NCBI RefSeq assembly: GCF_004010195.1
Contig: NC_057754.1
Coordinates: 3,381,527-3,431,593, forward strand
DNA from: Chiloscyllium plagiosum
Lineage: Eukaryota
Direction: 5' to 3'
Length of the DNA: 50,067 nucleotides
Part shown: positions 10,972-22,860 of the stretch, one piece after another
How the letters are laid out: each line of letters opens with the position of its first letter
Position numbering within the stretch: position 1 is the stretch's first letter
Notes under the pieces: generated by a model
Databases searched by the model: none
What the model was told of the DNA's origin: nothing
What the model saw: only the letters and a program-made list of their open reading frames with translations
Program-made: the position numbers and the translations under genes

Positions 10972-12125
10972 GCTCAGTGGTTAGCACTGCTGCCTCACTG
11001 CGCCAGGGACCCGGGTTTGATTCCAGCCTCTGGCGACTGTGTGGAGTTTGCACATTCTCCCCCTGTCTGCGTGGGTTTCCTCCGGTTTCCAAAGATGTGC
11101 AAGTTAGGATGGATTGGCCATGCTAAATTGATTAGATTCGATTCCTTACAGTGTGGAAACAGGCCCTTCGGCCCAACAAGTCCACACCGACCCTCCGAAG
11201 AGTAATCCACCCAGACCCATTTCTCTCTGACTAATGCACCTAACACTATGAGCAATTTAGCATGGCCAATCCACCCTAACCTGCACATCCCTGGGCACTA
11301 TGCACAATTTAGCATGGCCAATCCACCCNNNNNNNNNNNNNNNNNNNNNNNNNNNNNNNNNNNNNNNNNNNNNNNNNNNNNNNNNNNNNNNNNNNNNNNN
11401 NNNNNNNNNNNNNNNNNNNNNNNNNNNNNNNNNNNNNNNNNNNNNNNNNNNNNNNNNNNNNNNNNNNNNNNNNNNNNNNNNNNNNNATTTAGCACGGCCA
11501 ATCCACCCTAACCTGCACATCTTTTGACTGGGGGAGAAAACCGGAGCACCCGGAGGAAACCCCACGCAGACATGGAGAGAATGTGCAAACTCCACACTGT
11601 CACCCAAGGTTGGATTTGAGCCTAGGTCCCTGGTGCTGTGAGGCAGCAGTGCTAACCACTGTGCCACCGGGTTAAAATATCACGTGAAAAGGGAATGGGT
11701 CTGGGTGGGTTACTCTTCAGAGGGTTGGTGTGGACTTGTTGGACCGAATGGCCTGTTTCCACACTGTAGGGATTCTAAGTTCTTCAGCTGATGGATTGCT
11801 TGTGGCTGGCACGGTGGCTCAGTGTTTAGCACTGCTGCCTCACAGCGCCAGGGACCCGGGTGCAGTTTCAGCCTTGGGCCACTGTCTGTTTACACTGGTC
11901 TGCATGGGCTTTCCTCCAGGTGCTCCAGTATCCTCCCACAGGCCAGAGATGTGCAGGTTCGGTGGATTGGCCATGACTGAGTTGCCCCCTAGTGTGGATT
12001 AGCAGTAAAAGCGCTGATCAAAATGTAAAAACTGGGTTACAAGGCATGGGGCTAGATATAGGTGGGATGCTCTTCAGAGGTTTAATGTGGAATCGATGGG
12101 CCGATTGGCCTCTTTCAGCACTGTG
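10972..12125. mobile_element. Cluster of nested or adjacent HE1-like SINEs in both orientations around an N gap
   Basis: + head at about 10972-11125, - copies at about 11131-11667, + tail at about 11690-11775, and an older + copy at about 11806-12125. Confidence 0.85.
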
Positions 12126-12305
12126 ATTGGTTTTGTAGGATACAGAGCTTGGTGTATGGGGGTATACATCAGTGCCCAAGAACCATGACTCTGAGAGGCT
12201 TACTGAGCTCAGCGCTGGCTGGGTGACCGGCAGGGAGCAGCACCAGACCCCACACTCCTACTCCCTGACCCTCAATGTGTACTTTCTCCCCTTACTTCTC
12301 TTCAG

Positions 12306-12403
12306 GTCAATGTTCCTCTGGAAAGTTTAAGCAGACCTTTGCTGCTGGGAATTGCAAGGAATCACAGAAGCGCAGGACGGCCCAGTGCGGAGTTTTATGT
12401 CCG
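12306..12403 (+). CDS. NUDT22: NUDT22 coding exon 3
   Basis: cttacttctcttcag|GTC...GTC CG|gtaaaa, 98 nt, [32 protein letters not shown](R), phase 0-2. Confidence 0.96.
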
Positions 12404-13067
12404 GTAAAACATCTTCACTTTACCAGAAGTGTGAATCTCTCTCCAATCACTCTGCACTTTTCTGAGCAGGAGTTTCGAACATAGAACATTACAGCGCAGT
12501 ACAGGCCCTTCGGCCTTCGATGTTACATCGACCTGTGAAACCAACCGAAGCCCATCTAACCTAAACTATTCCATTGTCATCCATTCTGTCTATCTAATGA
12601 CTGTTTAAATACCCTTAAAGTTGGCGAGTCTACTACTGTTGCAGGCCTGCCTGCAGTAGAGTATATCCTTGTGTTTGTCCTTACTGCTGTGGCGCTGGTC
12701 TCACACAGTATCTACAACAGGGACTCAGGCCATTCAGCCATCTGCTCTCTGCTAGTGTTTATTGTCCACATCAGCCTCCTCCTATCACCAAGTCATTGTA
12801 TTCCTTTCTCGGTCATACACCTTTCCCTTAACAGTATCAATGACTGTATGGATTAGGGGCAGCACAACGCCCTTTGGCCCCTCGAGCCTGCTTGAGTATT
12901 TGATAAGGTCATGGCTGATCTGATTGTGGCTACCCCACCTACACCCCATTGTGGTCCAGCATCTATTGACCCTGTCCTGAAGTGGTGCATGCTGGTCCAG
13001 TTACAACATTTAAAAGACGTTTGGACAGGTACGTGAATAGGATAAGTTTGGAAGGTTTTCTTTTTAA

Positions 13068-13582
13068 GATTCCCAAGTGTGGAAACAGGCCCTTCGGGAT
13101 TAGAGATGCTGGAAAAGCACAGCAGTTCAGGCAGCATCTGAGGAGCAGTAAAATCGACGTTTCGGGCAAGAATACATTTGGTATTCTTGATAAAGGGCTT
13201 TTGACCGAAACGTTGATTCGACTGCTCCTCGGATGCTGCGCTTTTCCAGCACCTCTAATCCAGAATCTGGTTTCTAGCATCGTTGTTTTTACCTAAACAG
13301 GCCCTTCGGCCCAAACAGTCCACACCGATCCTCTGAAGAGTAACCCACCCAGACCCATTTCCCTCTGACTAATGCACCTAACACTACGGGCAATTTACCA
13401 TGGCCAATTCACCTGACACGCACATCTTTGGACTGTGGGAGGAAACCAGAGCACCCGGAGGAAACCCACACAGACACGGGGAGAATGTGCAAACTCCACA
13501 CGGACAGTCACCCGAGGCTGGAATTGAACCTGAGACCCTGGTGCTGTGAGGTAGCAGTGCTAACCACTGAGCCACCGTGCCA
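13068..13582 (-). mobile_element. HE1-like SINE, itself inside a CR1 3' fragment, interrupted by a hammerhead-type element
   Basis: SINE tail at 13068-13097 resumes at 13310. CR1 sequence lies on both sides (about 12975-13060 and 13593-13695). Confidence 0.85.
13098..13294. mobile_element. Fold-back Penelope-related element with degenerate hammerhead
   Basis: 15-bp TSD aaacaggcccttcgg at 13083-13097 and 13295-13309. Inverted arms run gattagagatgctggaaaagc...gcttttccagcacctctaatc. The core reads tTGATaA-agggcttttgacc-GAAA-cGTT. Confidence 0.85.
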
Positions 13583-15246
13583 TCCCAGCGTTGTGGACCA
13601 AATGCAGGCCAATGGGACTAGTTTAGTTTGGGAAACTTGGTGGGCATGGACGAGTTGAACCAAAGGGTCTGTTTCCATGCTGTCTGATTCTATGATCCAC
13701 GCTGTACTGCTGGGAAAAATGTTCGACTCATACACTCAGCCCTCCAAGAGAAACCCGATTCCTCCCCATCTGTCTTAAATGGGAGACCCTGTGTTCTGAA
13801 ACTGTCGTGCTAGTCTCTTTCACAAAGGGGAACCATCCCAGCATCCACCCTGTCAAGGCGCATTAGAATCTTGTACATCTCAATAGCATCACCTGTACCT
13901 TTTCAAGTCAGCCACTCCTTATGGAAAGCCAATTCCACTTTCTCCCCACCCTCCTGAGTTCCTCGTTAGATTTAGTCATGACCTGTATTGTTGGCTGTTC
14001 CCCTTGTTCTGCTCTTGCCTGCAAATTGGAAACGCCTGATTCTAACCCATCGAGCCCTCTCCTCATTTTAACAATCTTTATTCGGCTAAATCAAGACCAG
14101 GGAGCATTGTAGGACGGTGGGAGGAAAAAGGATGTGTGGGGCAACTGCTCTGCATAAAGTAGTTCATCTGTGGAATAGAATTCCAGAAGGAGTAATGGAG
14201 CGAGTGCAGTTACGATGTGTAAAAGCTATTTGGATAGGTTCTAGAATAGGAAATGTTTGGAGGGATGTGGGTCAAGCACAGACAGGTGGGACTGCTATCA
14301 TTTGGGATTGTGGTCAGCGTGGATTGGTTGGGCCGAAGGGTCTGTTTCTGAGCTGCTTTATTCCATAATCCCGAAACTATGAGAACTGCCCAGAAGTATG
14401 TATGGGGAAGGGTTGAACCCGAGTTGCTGATGTGAGGAGCTTGCCTCTTGTTTAGATTTGTTTCCGGAGCACTGTGGGTCATGGTGTAAGAATTCCACGC
14501 TGCCCTCTGGGTAATAATTCTGGGTGAGCTCCTCCTCTTGAAAGGAGAAAGGATTCCCTTGTGCTCTGTGGTGGTTTGACTCCATCATGAGGAGCCACAG
14601 CTCCCTGAGAGGTCGCCGTGGTCTCAGTGCAGCATCGATACCCCGTATCTGGGTGAAGGTTCCAACTCTCCCACAGGGACTGATTTCCCCACCGACACGG
14701 TGGGTTGGCTTGTGTCTGCTTCTGATTTTGAATAAGACGTGGGGCTTGTTGACCAGGCCAACTTCTGTTACACAGCCCTAATTGCCCCTCGTGAAGGCAA
14801 TAGCGAGTCTCCTTCTTGAAACACAACAATCTGCATCGTGCAGGGACGCCCACAATACTGTTAGGGAGAGATTCCCGGGATTTTAACCCAGCAACACAGA
14901 ACGAATGTCACTGTACTTCCAGGTCAGGATGGCGAGCGGCTGGGAGGGGAGCTTGCAGGGGATGGTGTTCTGCTGACCATGTCCTTCCAGATGGTGGGTT
15001 TGGAAGGTGCTGTTTGAGGAGACTTGCTGAATTTCTTCAGTGCATCTTGTCGAAGGTACACACTGCTGCTACTGAGTGTCGGTGGTGGAGAGAGTGTGGC
15101 GCTAATCAAGTGGGTGTGGGGGCCACTTATGGTGTCGGGCTTCTTGAGTGTAGTTGGAGCTGCCCGCATCCAGGGCAGGTTGGGTGGGGGGAATGTATCC
15201 CATCGTAGTGTAAATGTACCATCTGTGTGTGGGGCTTCTCTTCCAG

Positions 15247-15340
15247 GTGTAAGCTGACGTCGGAGGAGGTGAGGCAGCGCTATCTCATCGGAGGAGTTGA
15301 GGCCCATGAATCGACCAGCATCAGCTTTGTCAAGCGTGAG
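15247..15340 (+). CDS. NUDT22: NUDT22 coding exon 4
   Basis: cttctcttccag|G TGT...GAG|gtaaca, 94 nt, CKLTSEEVRQRYLIGGVEAHESTSISFVKRE, phase 2-0. Confidence 0.96.
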
Positions 15341-15927
15341 GTAACAGGCTTTCAGCTCAGTGAGCCACGTGAGCTGGCACTTACATGTCTGATCGCCGAG
15401 CCTCGGTCAGCGCACATGGAGAGATTTTTATTCCTTTGTACTACCATGCATTGTGGGCATCCTCGGCCAGGTTGACATTTCTTGCCCGTGCCTAATTGCC
15501 CCTTCAACTGAGTGTCTCACTGAAGCCAATACAAAGGGCAAGTCAGACAGAATCAAATTGCCGTAGGTCTGGAGTCACTTGTAAGGACGGGAGAAAGAAC
15601 ACGAATGAACCACATGGGCATTTACACCAATTGAAGGTAGTTTCATGGCCAAGAGAGGATTCCATTTCAGATTTTTAAACATCAAGTTAAATTCTACCCA
15701 CCCCATGATTGGAGTCTGTGTCCCCAGAGCATTAGTCTGGCTCTCGGGATTAAAGGGACAGTGACTTCCACACTGCACCATCGCCTCCCCTACGTTGGTG
15801 GGTCAACATTACGAGAGGGAGGAGGTCATTTGCCCACTTGACGCTGTTCCAGCCCCATTCAGTTCAATCATTGCAGCTTCAAGGGAGGTGGCGACATTGG
15901 GGAAATATTACTGCCTGAGCTGGAAGG

Positions 15928-16062
15928 CTGCCGTACTGTCGGAGGGTCAGTGCTGAGGGGGCGCCGCACTGTCGGAGGGTCAGTGCTGAGGGAGCGCCAG
16001 ACTGTCGGAGGGTCAGCGCTGAGGGAGCGCCGCACTGTCGGAGGGTCAGCGCTGAGGGAGCA
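15928..16062 (+). repeat. 33-bp minisatellite, about 4 copies; same family as 39670-40992
   Basis: Unit cactgtcggagggtcagtgctgagggagcgccg. Confidence 0.9.
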
Positions 16063-16111
16063 TCATGCTGATGTTGCAGCTAATACATTGAGGTTTGGCT
16101 GATTGTGTCTT

Positions 16112-16307
16112 GGAGAAAGTGAGGACTGCAGATGCTGGAGATCAGAGCTGAAAATATGTCGCTGGAAAAGTGCAGCAGGTCAGGCAGCATCCAAGGAGCA
16201 GGAGAATCGACGTTTCGGGCANNNNNNNNNNNNNNNNNNNNNNNGATTCTCCTGCTCCTTGGATGCTGCCTGACCTGCTGCGCCTTTCCAGCAACACATT
16301 TTCAGCT
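16112..16307. mobile_element. Fold-back Penelope-related hammerhead-family element; centre is an N gap
   Basis: TSD ctgattgtg(t/c)cttg at 16099-16112 and 16308-16321. Inverted arms, and the shared end ggagaaagtgaggactgcagatgctgg. Confidence 0.85.
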
Positions 16308-16578
16308 CTGATTGTGCCTTGCCAGACATGTTAAGTTGTGGTTAATAAGGGTCATGGCAGGGGCGGTTTGGTCTGTTACTGCTTTAAAGAGCCAGTGAAT
16401 CGATAGTTGTGCCGAATTCTGATTCCCTTGACTCAGCTGCTGGGTTCTGCGATGTGGTCCATTAATGCCTGGCTGCTGGCAGCATTGTCCCTGGCCTTCA
16501 CCTCAGCGATTGCACTGAGAGATTATGTTTCCATCACCCTGTGACAATGGGAGGAGTGGGCAGGCACTATGGGAATGA

Positions 16579-16662
16579 CGGCTCATGCCCGAAACGTCGA
16601 TTCTCCTGCTCCTTGGATGCTGCCTGACCTGCTGCGCTTTTCCAGCAACGCATTTTCAGCTT
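16579..16662 (+). mobile_element. Truncated hammerhead-family element (3' half of the motif only)
   Basis: 9-bp TSD tgggaatga at 16570-16578 and 16663-16671. Contains gcccGAAAcGTCgattctcctgctcc but lacks CTGAnGA. Confidence 0.8.
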
Positions 16663-16696
16663 TGGGAATGAAGGTCTGACTGCCTGTTTTTTGCAG

Positions 16697-16804
16697 GACG
16701 TCCTGAAACTGGAGGAAGATGCGGAAAGCTGGCAAGAGCTGTGCCCGTCAGCCAAGGGCGCCGTCAAGCTCTACACACTCGTGCGCCCCTCCTGGGCATC
16801 TTGA
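16697..16804 (+). CDS. NUDT22: NUDT22 terminal coding exon
   Basis: ctgttttttgcag|GAC...TGA, reading DVLKLEEDAESWQELCPSAKGAVKLYTLVRPSWAS*, with the conserved WxELCPSAKGA motif. Spliced CDS is 292 aa. Confidence 0.96.
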   Translation, partial: DVLKLEEDAESWQELCPSAKGAVKLYTLVRPSWAS

Positions 16805-17236
16805 ACCCTCTCCGAGCAGAACTGGAACTGTGACACTGGACCTTCAATACTGAGTTGGGAAACGGCATGCTCTAGGAAAGCACAAAGTACAATGGACATG
16901 TTTCTGGGCATCGGAATCTGTCGGTTTGTCTCTCTCTGTCTCTGTGTGGTGGGGGGGGGGGTTGGTGAACGCGGTATACATTGTCTCCAGGATCTGTGCT
17001 GCTCGAGCCAGCTGAGTGGTAAGGAGGCCATTCAGTCCGTTGTGCCTGTATCGGGGAAGAGATGGGCAGGGTAGCATCGGGAGTTGGCTCACGGACAGAG
17101 CCAGCGCAGTAACGACAGAGGGGCCGAATGGCCACTTCCTGTGATGGAGCCATTCTCTGATTGTGACAGAGTGAAGGGGTAACAATAACCGAGGGTGGCC
17201 AGTACATCGGGTTAGAGCTGTGGAAACTCAACATCA

Positions 17237-17242
17237 ATTAAA
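17237..17242 (+). terminator. Candidate NUDT22 polyadenylation signal (ATTAAA)
   Basis: First canonical-type hexamer I found, about 430 nt after the stop codon. Confidence 0.4.
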
Positions 17243-18200
17243 GAATCTGCATTCACATAGCACCGTGCCTGACCTCATTGCATCCCGATGGTGTGCTTCA
17301 TCAAGTGGAAACTGTGTCCCTAACCCCAGCCCCCTCACGCACTCTTCGCTCTCATTAGTTTCTGTCAGTCATGATCTACCCTCATTTCTCAGTGGGCTAA
17401 AGGGTCCTGAGCTCAACTGCTGGCCCCACAAGGCAGGAGGGTAATTGCTGAGGAATTGGCGGGGGAGAGGGAAGGGAGTTGGCAGCCCATGGCTGCCCCT
17501 ACTGTGGCTCAAGGAGGCAGCTCATTGCACCCCTCCTCCCCCCTTTAACCAGGGGCTATTAAGGAGGGGCAATGTATTTATGTAAGGGGTTTAATGGGAA
17601 AGAAATATTCCGCAAAGCACGTGGAGGGCAAATTGGAGTTTGCTGGAGTCTGAGCTAGTTCAGGGCCCAGCCTCTCACTCAAGGAGAGTGGATCTCGAGT
17701 GCTGGGGAGCCGGGTGGGTGGGTAGGAGAATGGGGAGGGGAGGTATGGCGCCCACCTGAAGGTCCTGTGGGCCCTGGTAACCACGGCGATGGAGGACCGA
17801 GGCCGGACTCAACACGAGCCTGCTCTCGGTAAATTGGATCAGTTTGAAGCCAGGAGCTGGAAAAGCAGAGGGTACCCAGCCCCGGGTGAGAGGGGAGGAG
17901 TACAGAAGACAGCATAGGGGAGCTGGGGTCCATCCACAGGGTGACTCTCCCCCCATCTCCCGGGAATGGGAAACAGACCTGCCAGCTGTGGACTGCCATG
18001 TAACCTGTGTGTATATCGATATATGTAAATAGAATCATACATCCCTATAAACCCTTCCTATTCATGTCCCCATCCAGATGCCTTTTAAAGGTTGTTATTG
18101 GACCAGCCTCAAACACTCCCTCTGACAGCTCATTCCATACATGGACCACCCCCTGAGTGAAAAACTTACCCCTTGCATCCCTTTTATATCTTTCCCCTCT

Positions 18201-18504
18201 CACCTTAAAGCTATGCTGTCTACTTTTGGACTCCCCTACCCTAGGGGTAAAAGCTTTGGCCTCCCCTCATGATTTTATAAACTGGTTCAGTTTCACTCTC
18301 TTGGACGACTCTGTGTAGAGTTCACACATTTTGTCTGCGTCTGTGTGGCACCTTAAAGCTATGCTGTCTACTTTCGGACTCCCCTACCCTAGGGGTAAAA
18401 GCTTTGGCCTCCCCTCATCCCCTCATGATTTTATAAACTGGTTCAGTTTCACTCTCTTGGACGACTCTGTGTAGAGTTCACACATTTTGTCTGCGTCTGT
18501 GTGG
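18201..18504. repeat. Tandem duplication of about 150 bp spanning a CR1/SINE junction
   Basis: caccttaaagctatgctg...tgcgtctgtgtgg occurs at 18201-18348 and 18349-18504. Confidence 0.9.
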
Positions 18505-20062
18505 GTTTCCCCCCGCAGTCCAGGTTTGGGTAGATTGGCCATGCTCATTTGTCTCTTTGTATCCAGGGATGTGCAAGTTCGGTGGATTAGTCTGGAGAGA
18601 ATGCAAGGTTATGGGGTAGGTGTCTGGATGGGATGTCCTTCAGAGAGTCAGTGCAGACTTGCCGGGCTGAATGGCCATTTTTGCAATGTAGGGATTCCAA
18701 AAATATTGTTGGTGACTCTTATATCAATGGCACCTAGTTCAGATCTTGCTTGCAAGTCAAACATCGCTAAGGCTCTCGTACGTTAATTTAAACCTAGACT
18801 AAATAGCTGAGGTTTGTTTGATCTTTCCATAGTCTAACCTTTCAGTTCTGATGTCATCTTTGTTCACCTTTGCATTTTCTCCAGTGATTGGTCCACACAC
18901 TGGAATATATGTCAGGTGTTAATAGGTGTTTGGGGAGGGAGTTCCAGGATTTTGAGCCAATGACGGAACAAACAGCTAAAATAGATCCCAAGTCAAGATA
19001 GCGAGTAACTCGGAGGGGAACTTGCAGGGGGTGGTTGTTCCCATGTATCAGCTGCCCTTCTCCTAGGTAGAAGTGGTCGTGGGTTTGGAAGGTGCTGTCT
19101 AAGGTGCTTTGATGAAGTTCTGCAGTGCATCTTGTGGAACTGCTACTGAGCGTCAGTGGTGGAGGGTGTGAATGTCTGCGCTGCCAATCAAGCGTGTGTG
19201 CTCCGGCCGGGAAGGGGCCGAGTTTAGATGGGGGCTGCACTCATCCAGGCAGGTGGGGAGTATTCCGTCACACTCCTGACTTCTGCCTTGTAGGTGGCGG
19301 ATAGACTTTGGGGAGACCGGAGGTGAATTACTGCAGGGTTCCTAGCCTTTATTGTGATTCTCACCAGAAGACTGTGAGCTCCTCCTGCTGCTAATGAAGG
19401 GGATAAAATACCGTGGTGTCAAGAGTAGCTGAAGTCCGCCCTCTCTGGGTGTGAATTGAACCTGAGCTGGTCACAGTACCGGCCAATTCCATAATTGCCT
19501 TTATTTACTGTTGGCACCTCAGTTGGCAAACCCAGCCCTGGACACAGTTAACCCTCAGTCCCTCTCACACACTGATGCACAGGCAGCAGACAGTCTGTGC
19601 CATCTCTATAGGAGTAAAACTCTCCTAAAGATCCTTGCCTCTCCATGCAACCATAGACACACCCAGGTCTACATCATCGAGAGGAAGCCATTCTGCCCAT
19701 TGTATCGTTTTCGGCAGCAATCCAAAACCCACAGCATTGTATAATGACAGTGCAAGAGTTCCACAGGATTGTAAGGCCCTGGAATTTAACAGCAGATTTC
19801 ACACCTTCCAGCAGCTGTAGAGGGAACACTGGGTCTGGATGGAAAAGGGACCTGATAACAAAGTTTTGCAGGTGAGAAGTCCAGATCATAAGGTGGAAAC
19901 AAAAACCAGAGAGCGATGGAGAAACTCCGCAGGCAGCACCCGTGGAGAGAGAAACAGTCAGGTCCTGGTATGGTTCCTCTTCAGGGCTAGAAAACAGTGG
20001 CTTCCAAGCTGCAGCCAGAGGGCAAGGCAGAGCCTAATGGTGGTAAAGGAGTGATTGAGATG

Positions 20063-20775
20063 TGTTCTGAAGGTGTAAGGGGTACTGTACCTTTAAGAGA
20101 GTTCAAAGCTAGCAGAAGTAGCTGACAGCACCAAGTGTTCTGAACAAGATACAACGTAACGTGGTCAAGCAGCTAAAGTAGCTGGTTGCCTGGAGACAAA
20201 AACAAATTAGAATTAGGCCAATCAATTTAAATTATAACCCTCCCCAAAAAACCAAACTCAAATCAAGTTTGAATGTAGTATAATGATAATATTAAAAGCC
20301 AATGACACAATCCAATGTTTTGGGGGTTTAAGACCGGGAAAAATGGAACAGTTGAGTGAGAACTACCAAAGGACCAATAGATGTAGGCTGCCAGTAAGAA
20401 CTCTTGGAGAGGTCCCTGTCTAGAGAAGGCATTTGCACAGAGAAAAACATCGATACCGACCTGGAGAACAAATCTACAGAGGAAGATCCACAAAGAGGAT
20501 TCGATAGCTGGCTGGTTTTGAAATTTGCATTTTTTGGTAAATCTTACTCAGTCTTCTAGTATTTTAGAAGGGAAAATAAAAGATAGGTTAGAGGAAGGAG
20601 TTGTAAATAGTTGTTAGTTAATTATTCTCTGTTATACTTTAAGAAATAAAATTGTTACTTTTTACTTTAACTAGTTCCTGGCCCCTCGAATTTTCACAGA
20701 TTACTGCATGGGATAAATCCTTCCTGTGTTGCTGGTTTAAAATTAACTGAAGGGGGTTTACCCTGTGATGTAACA
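20063..20775 (+). mobile_element. Putative solo LTR
   Basis: AT-rich block of about 0.7 kb ending in ...tgtaaca, with AATAAA at about 20645 and a TG-type start. The left boundary is uncertain and no clear TSD was found. Confidence 0.5.
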
Positions 20776-21280
20776 ATTGTAAAATCGGTATAAAGACAGG
20801 TGTAAAAAGGAGAAAATGCGTCCATTTTTTAAAAAATGATTTATTCACAGGATGACGGTGTCATGGCTAGGCCATCCCTCGTTGCCCTGATGGCAGTTAA
20901 GAGTTAGCCATGTTGCTGTGGGTCTGGAGTCACGTGTAGGCCAGACCAGGTAATGATGGCAGTTTCCTTCCCTAAAGCATATTAGTGAACCAGATGGGGT
21001 ATTTCCAACAATTGACAATAGATTCATAGTCACCATTAGATTCTTAATTCCAGACACTTATTTCTTCAAATTCCACCATCTGCCGTGGTGGGATTTGAAC
21101 CTGGGTCCCCTGAATATTAGCCGGGTCTCTGGGTAAACAATGCAGCAATAACTCTACTGAGAGCAAATCCACAGGAAATGGCGGGTGGGGGGGGGGGGGG
21201 GGGGGGTATGTAGGAGGAAGAAGGCAGGAATTGTTAATCAGAATGGAAGCGAGAGGCCCTGCTGTGGAATTGTTGAACAC

Positions 21281-21473
21281 ACACTGGGCGGTTACAGCAG
21301 ACCCACACACTGGGCCATTATAGCACATCCACACTGGGCTGTTACAGCACGTACTGGGTGGTTACAGCAGACCCACACTGGGCGGTTACAGCAGACCCAC
21401 ACACTGGGCCATTACAGCAGACTCACACTGGGCCGTTACAGCACGTACTGGGCAGTTACAGCAGACCCACACA
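21281..21473. repeat. About 24-26-bp minisatellite (cacactgggcggttacagcagacc) running into an N gap
   Basis: About 8 visible units. Confidence 0.9.
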
Positions 21474-22234
21474 NNNNNNNNNNNNNNNNNNNNNNNNNNN
21501 NNNNNNNNNNNNNNNNNNNNNNNNNNNNNNNNNNNNNNNNNNNNNNNNNNNNNNNNNNNNNNNNNNNNNNNNNNNNNNNNNNNNNNNNNNNNNNNNNNNN
21601 NNNNNNNNNNNNNNNNNNNNNNNNNNNNNNNNNNNNNNNNNNNNNNNNNNNNNNNNNNNNNNNNNNNNNNNNNNNNNNNNNNNNNNNNNNNNNNNNNNNN
21701 NNNNNNNNNNNNNNNNNNNNNNNNNNNNNNNNNNNNNNNNNNNNNNNNNNNNNNNNNNNNNNNNNNNNNNNNNNNNNNNNNNNNNNNNNNNNNNNNNNNN
21801 NNNNNNNNNNNNNNNNNNNNNNNNNNNNNNNNNNNNNNNNNNNNNNNNNNNNNNNNNNNNNNNNNNNNNNNNNNNNNNNNNNNNNNNNNNNNNNNNNNNN
21901 NNNNNNNNNNNNNNNNNNNNNNNNNNNNNNNNNNNNNNNNNNNNNNNNNNNNNNNNNNNNNNNNNNNNNNNNNAGGTGGTGAAAGCAGAGTCCTTGAATA
22001 TTTTTAAGGCAGAGGTAGATAGCTTCTTGATAAATAAGGATGGGGGAGGGGAGTGGAAATGTGGAGTAATCAAATCAGCCATGCAAGCTCGAGGGGCCAA
22101 ATCCGCTTCCTGATGCATAAGCGAGAAAGAAACACGTGTACTGTTGACCTTAACCACTCCCTGATGGGAGTGACGTTCTCCCCATTCTCTGGGGACAGAC
22201 GTTTCTCCTGAATCCCCGAATGGATTGTGAGTGA

Positions 22235-22860
22235 CCATCTCCTTTTGGTGGTTGTAGAGGATGCAGATACGGTGTACAAGGATGTTAGTGGGGCTGGAGG
22301 ATTTGGGGTAAAAGGAGAGAACGGATCGGCCGGGACTTCTGTCTCTGGAGAGTAGGAGGTTGAGGGACAAAGTCATAGAGATGTACAGCACGGTAACAGA
22401 CCCTTCGGTCCAATTGTGCATACCGACCAGATAGCCTAAATGAATCTACTCCCATTTGTCAGTCCATATCCCTTCCTATTCATGTACCCAACAAGATAGC
22501 ATACAGAGGGTAACCTTATCGAGTTTTATACAATCATGAGCAGCATAGAAAAGGTAAATAGCCAAGGATAGGGGGAGTCCAAAACTAGAGGGACCAGGTT
22601 TAAGGTCAGAGGGGAAACAATATAAAAGTGACCTGCAGGACAATCTTTTCTCGCAAAGGATAAACTGGAATGAACTGTCACAGGAAGTGGTGGATGCAGG
22701 TACAGTTCCAACATTGAAAAGACATTTGCACAGGTACATGAATGGGAGTTAGAGGGAGATGGGCCAAACGCAGGCGAGTGAAACTAGTTTAGTTTGGGAA
22801 ACTTGGTGGGCACGGACGGGTTGGACCGAAGGGTCTGCCTCCATGCTGTACTACTCTAAG
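22235..22860. mobile_element. CR1-like fragments, with a - strand tail nested in a + strand copy
   Basis: gtcatagagatgtacagcacgg tail (-) and ggttggaccgaagggtctg tail (+). Confidence 0.65.
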
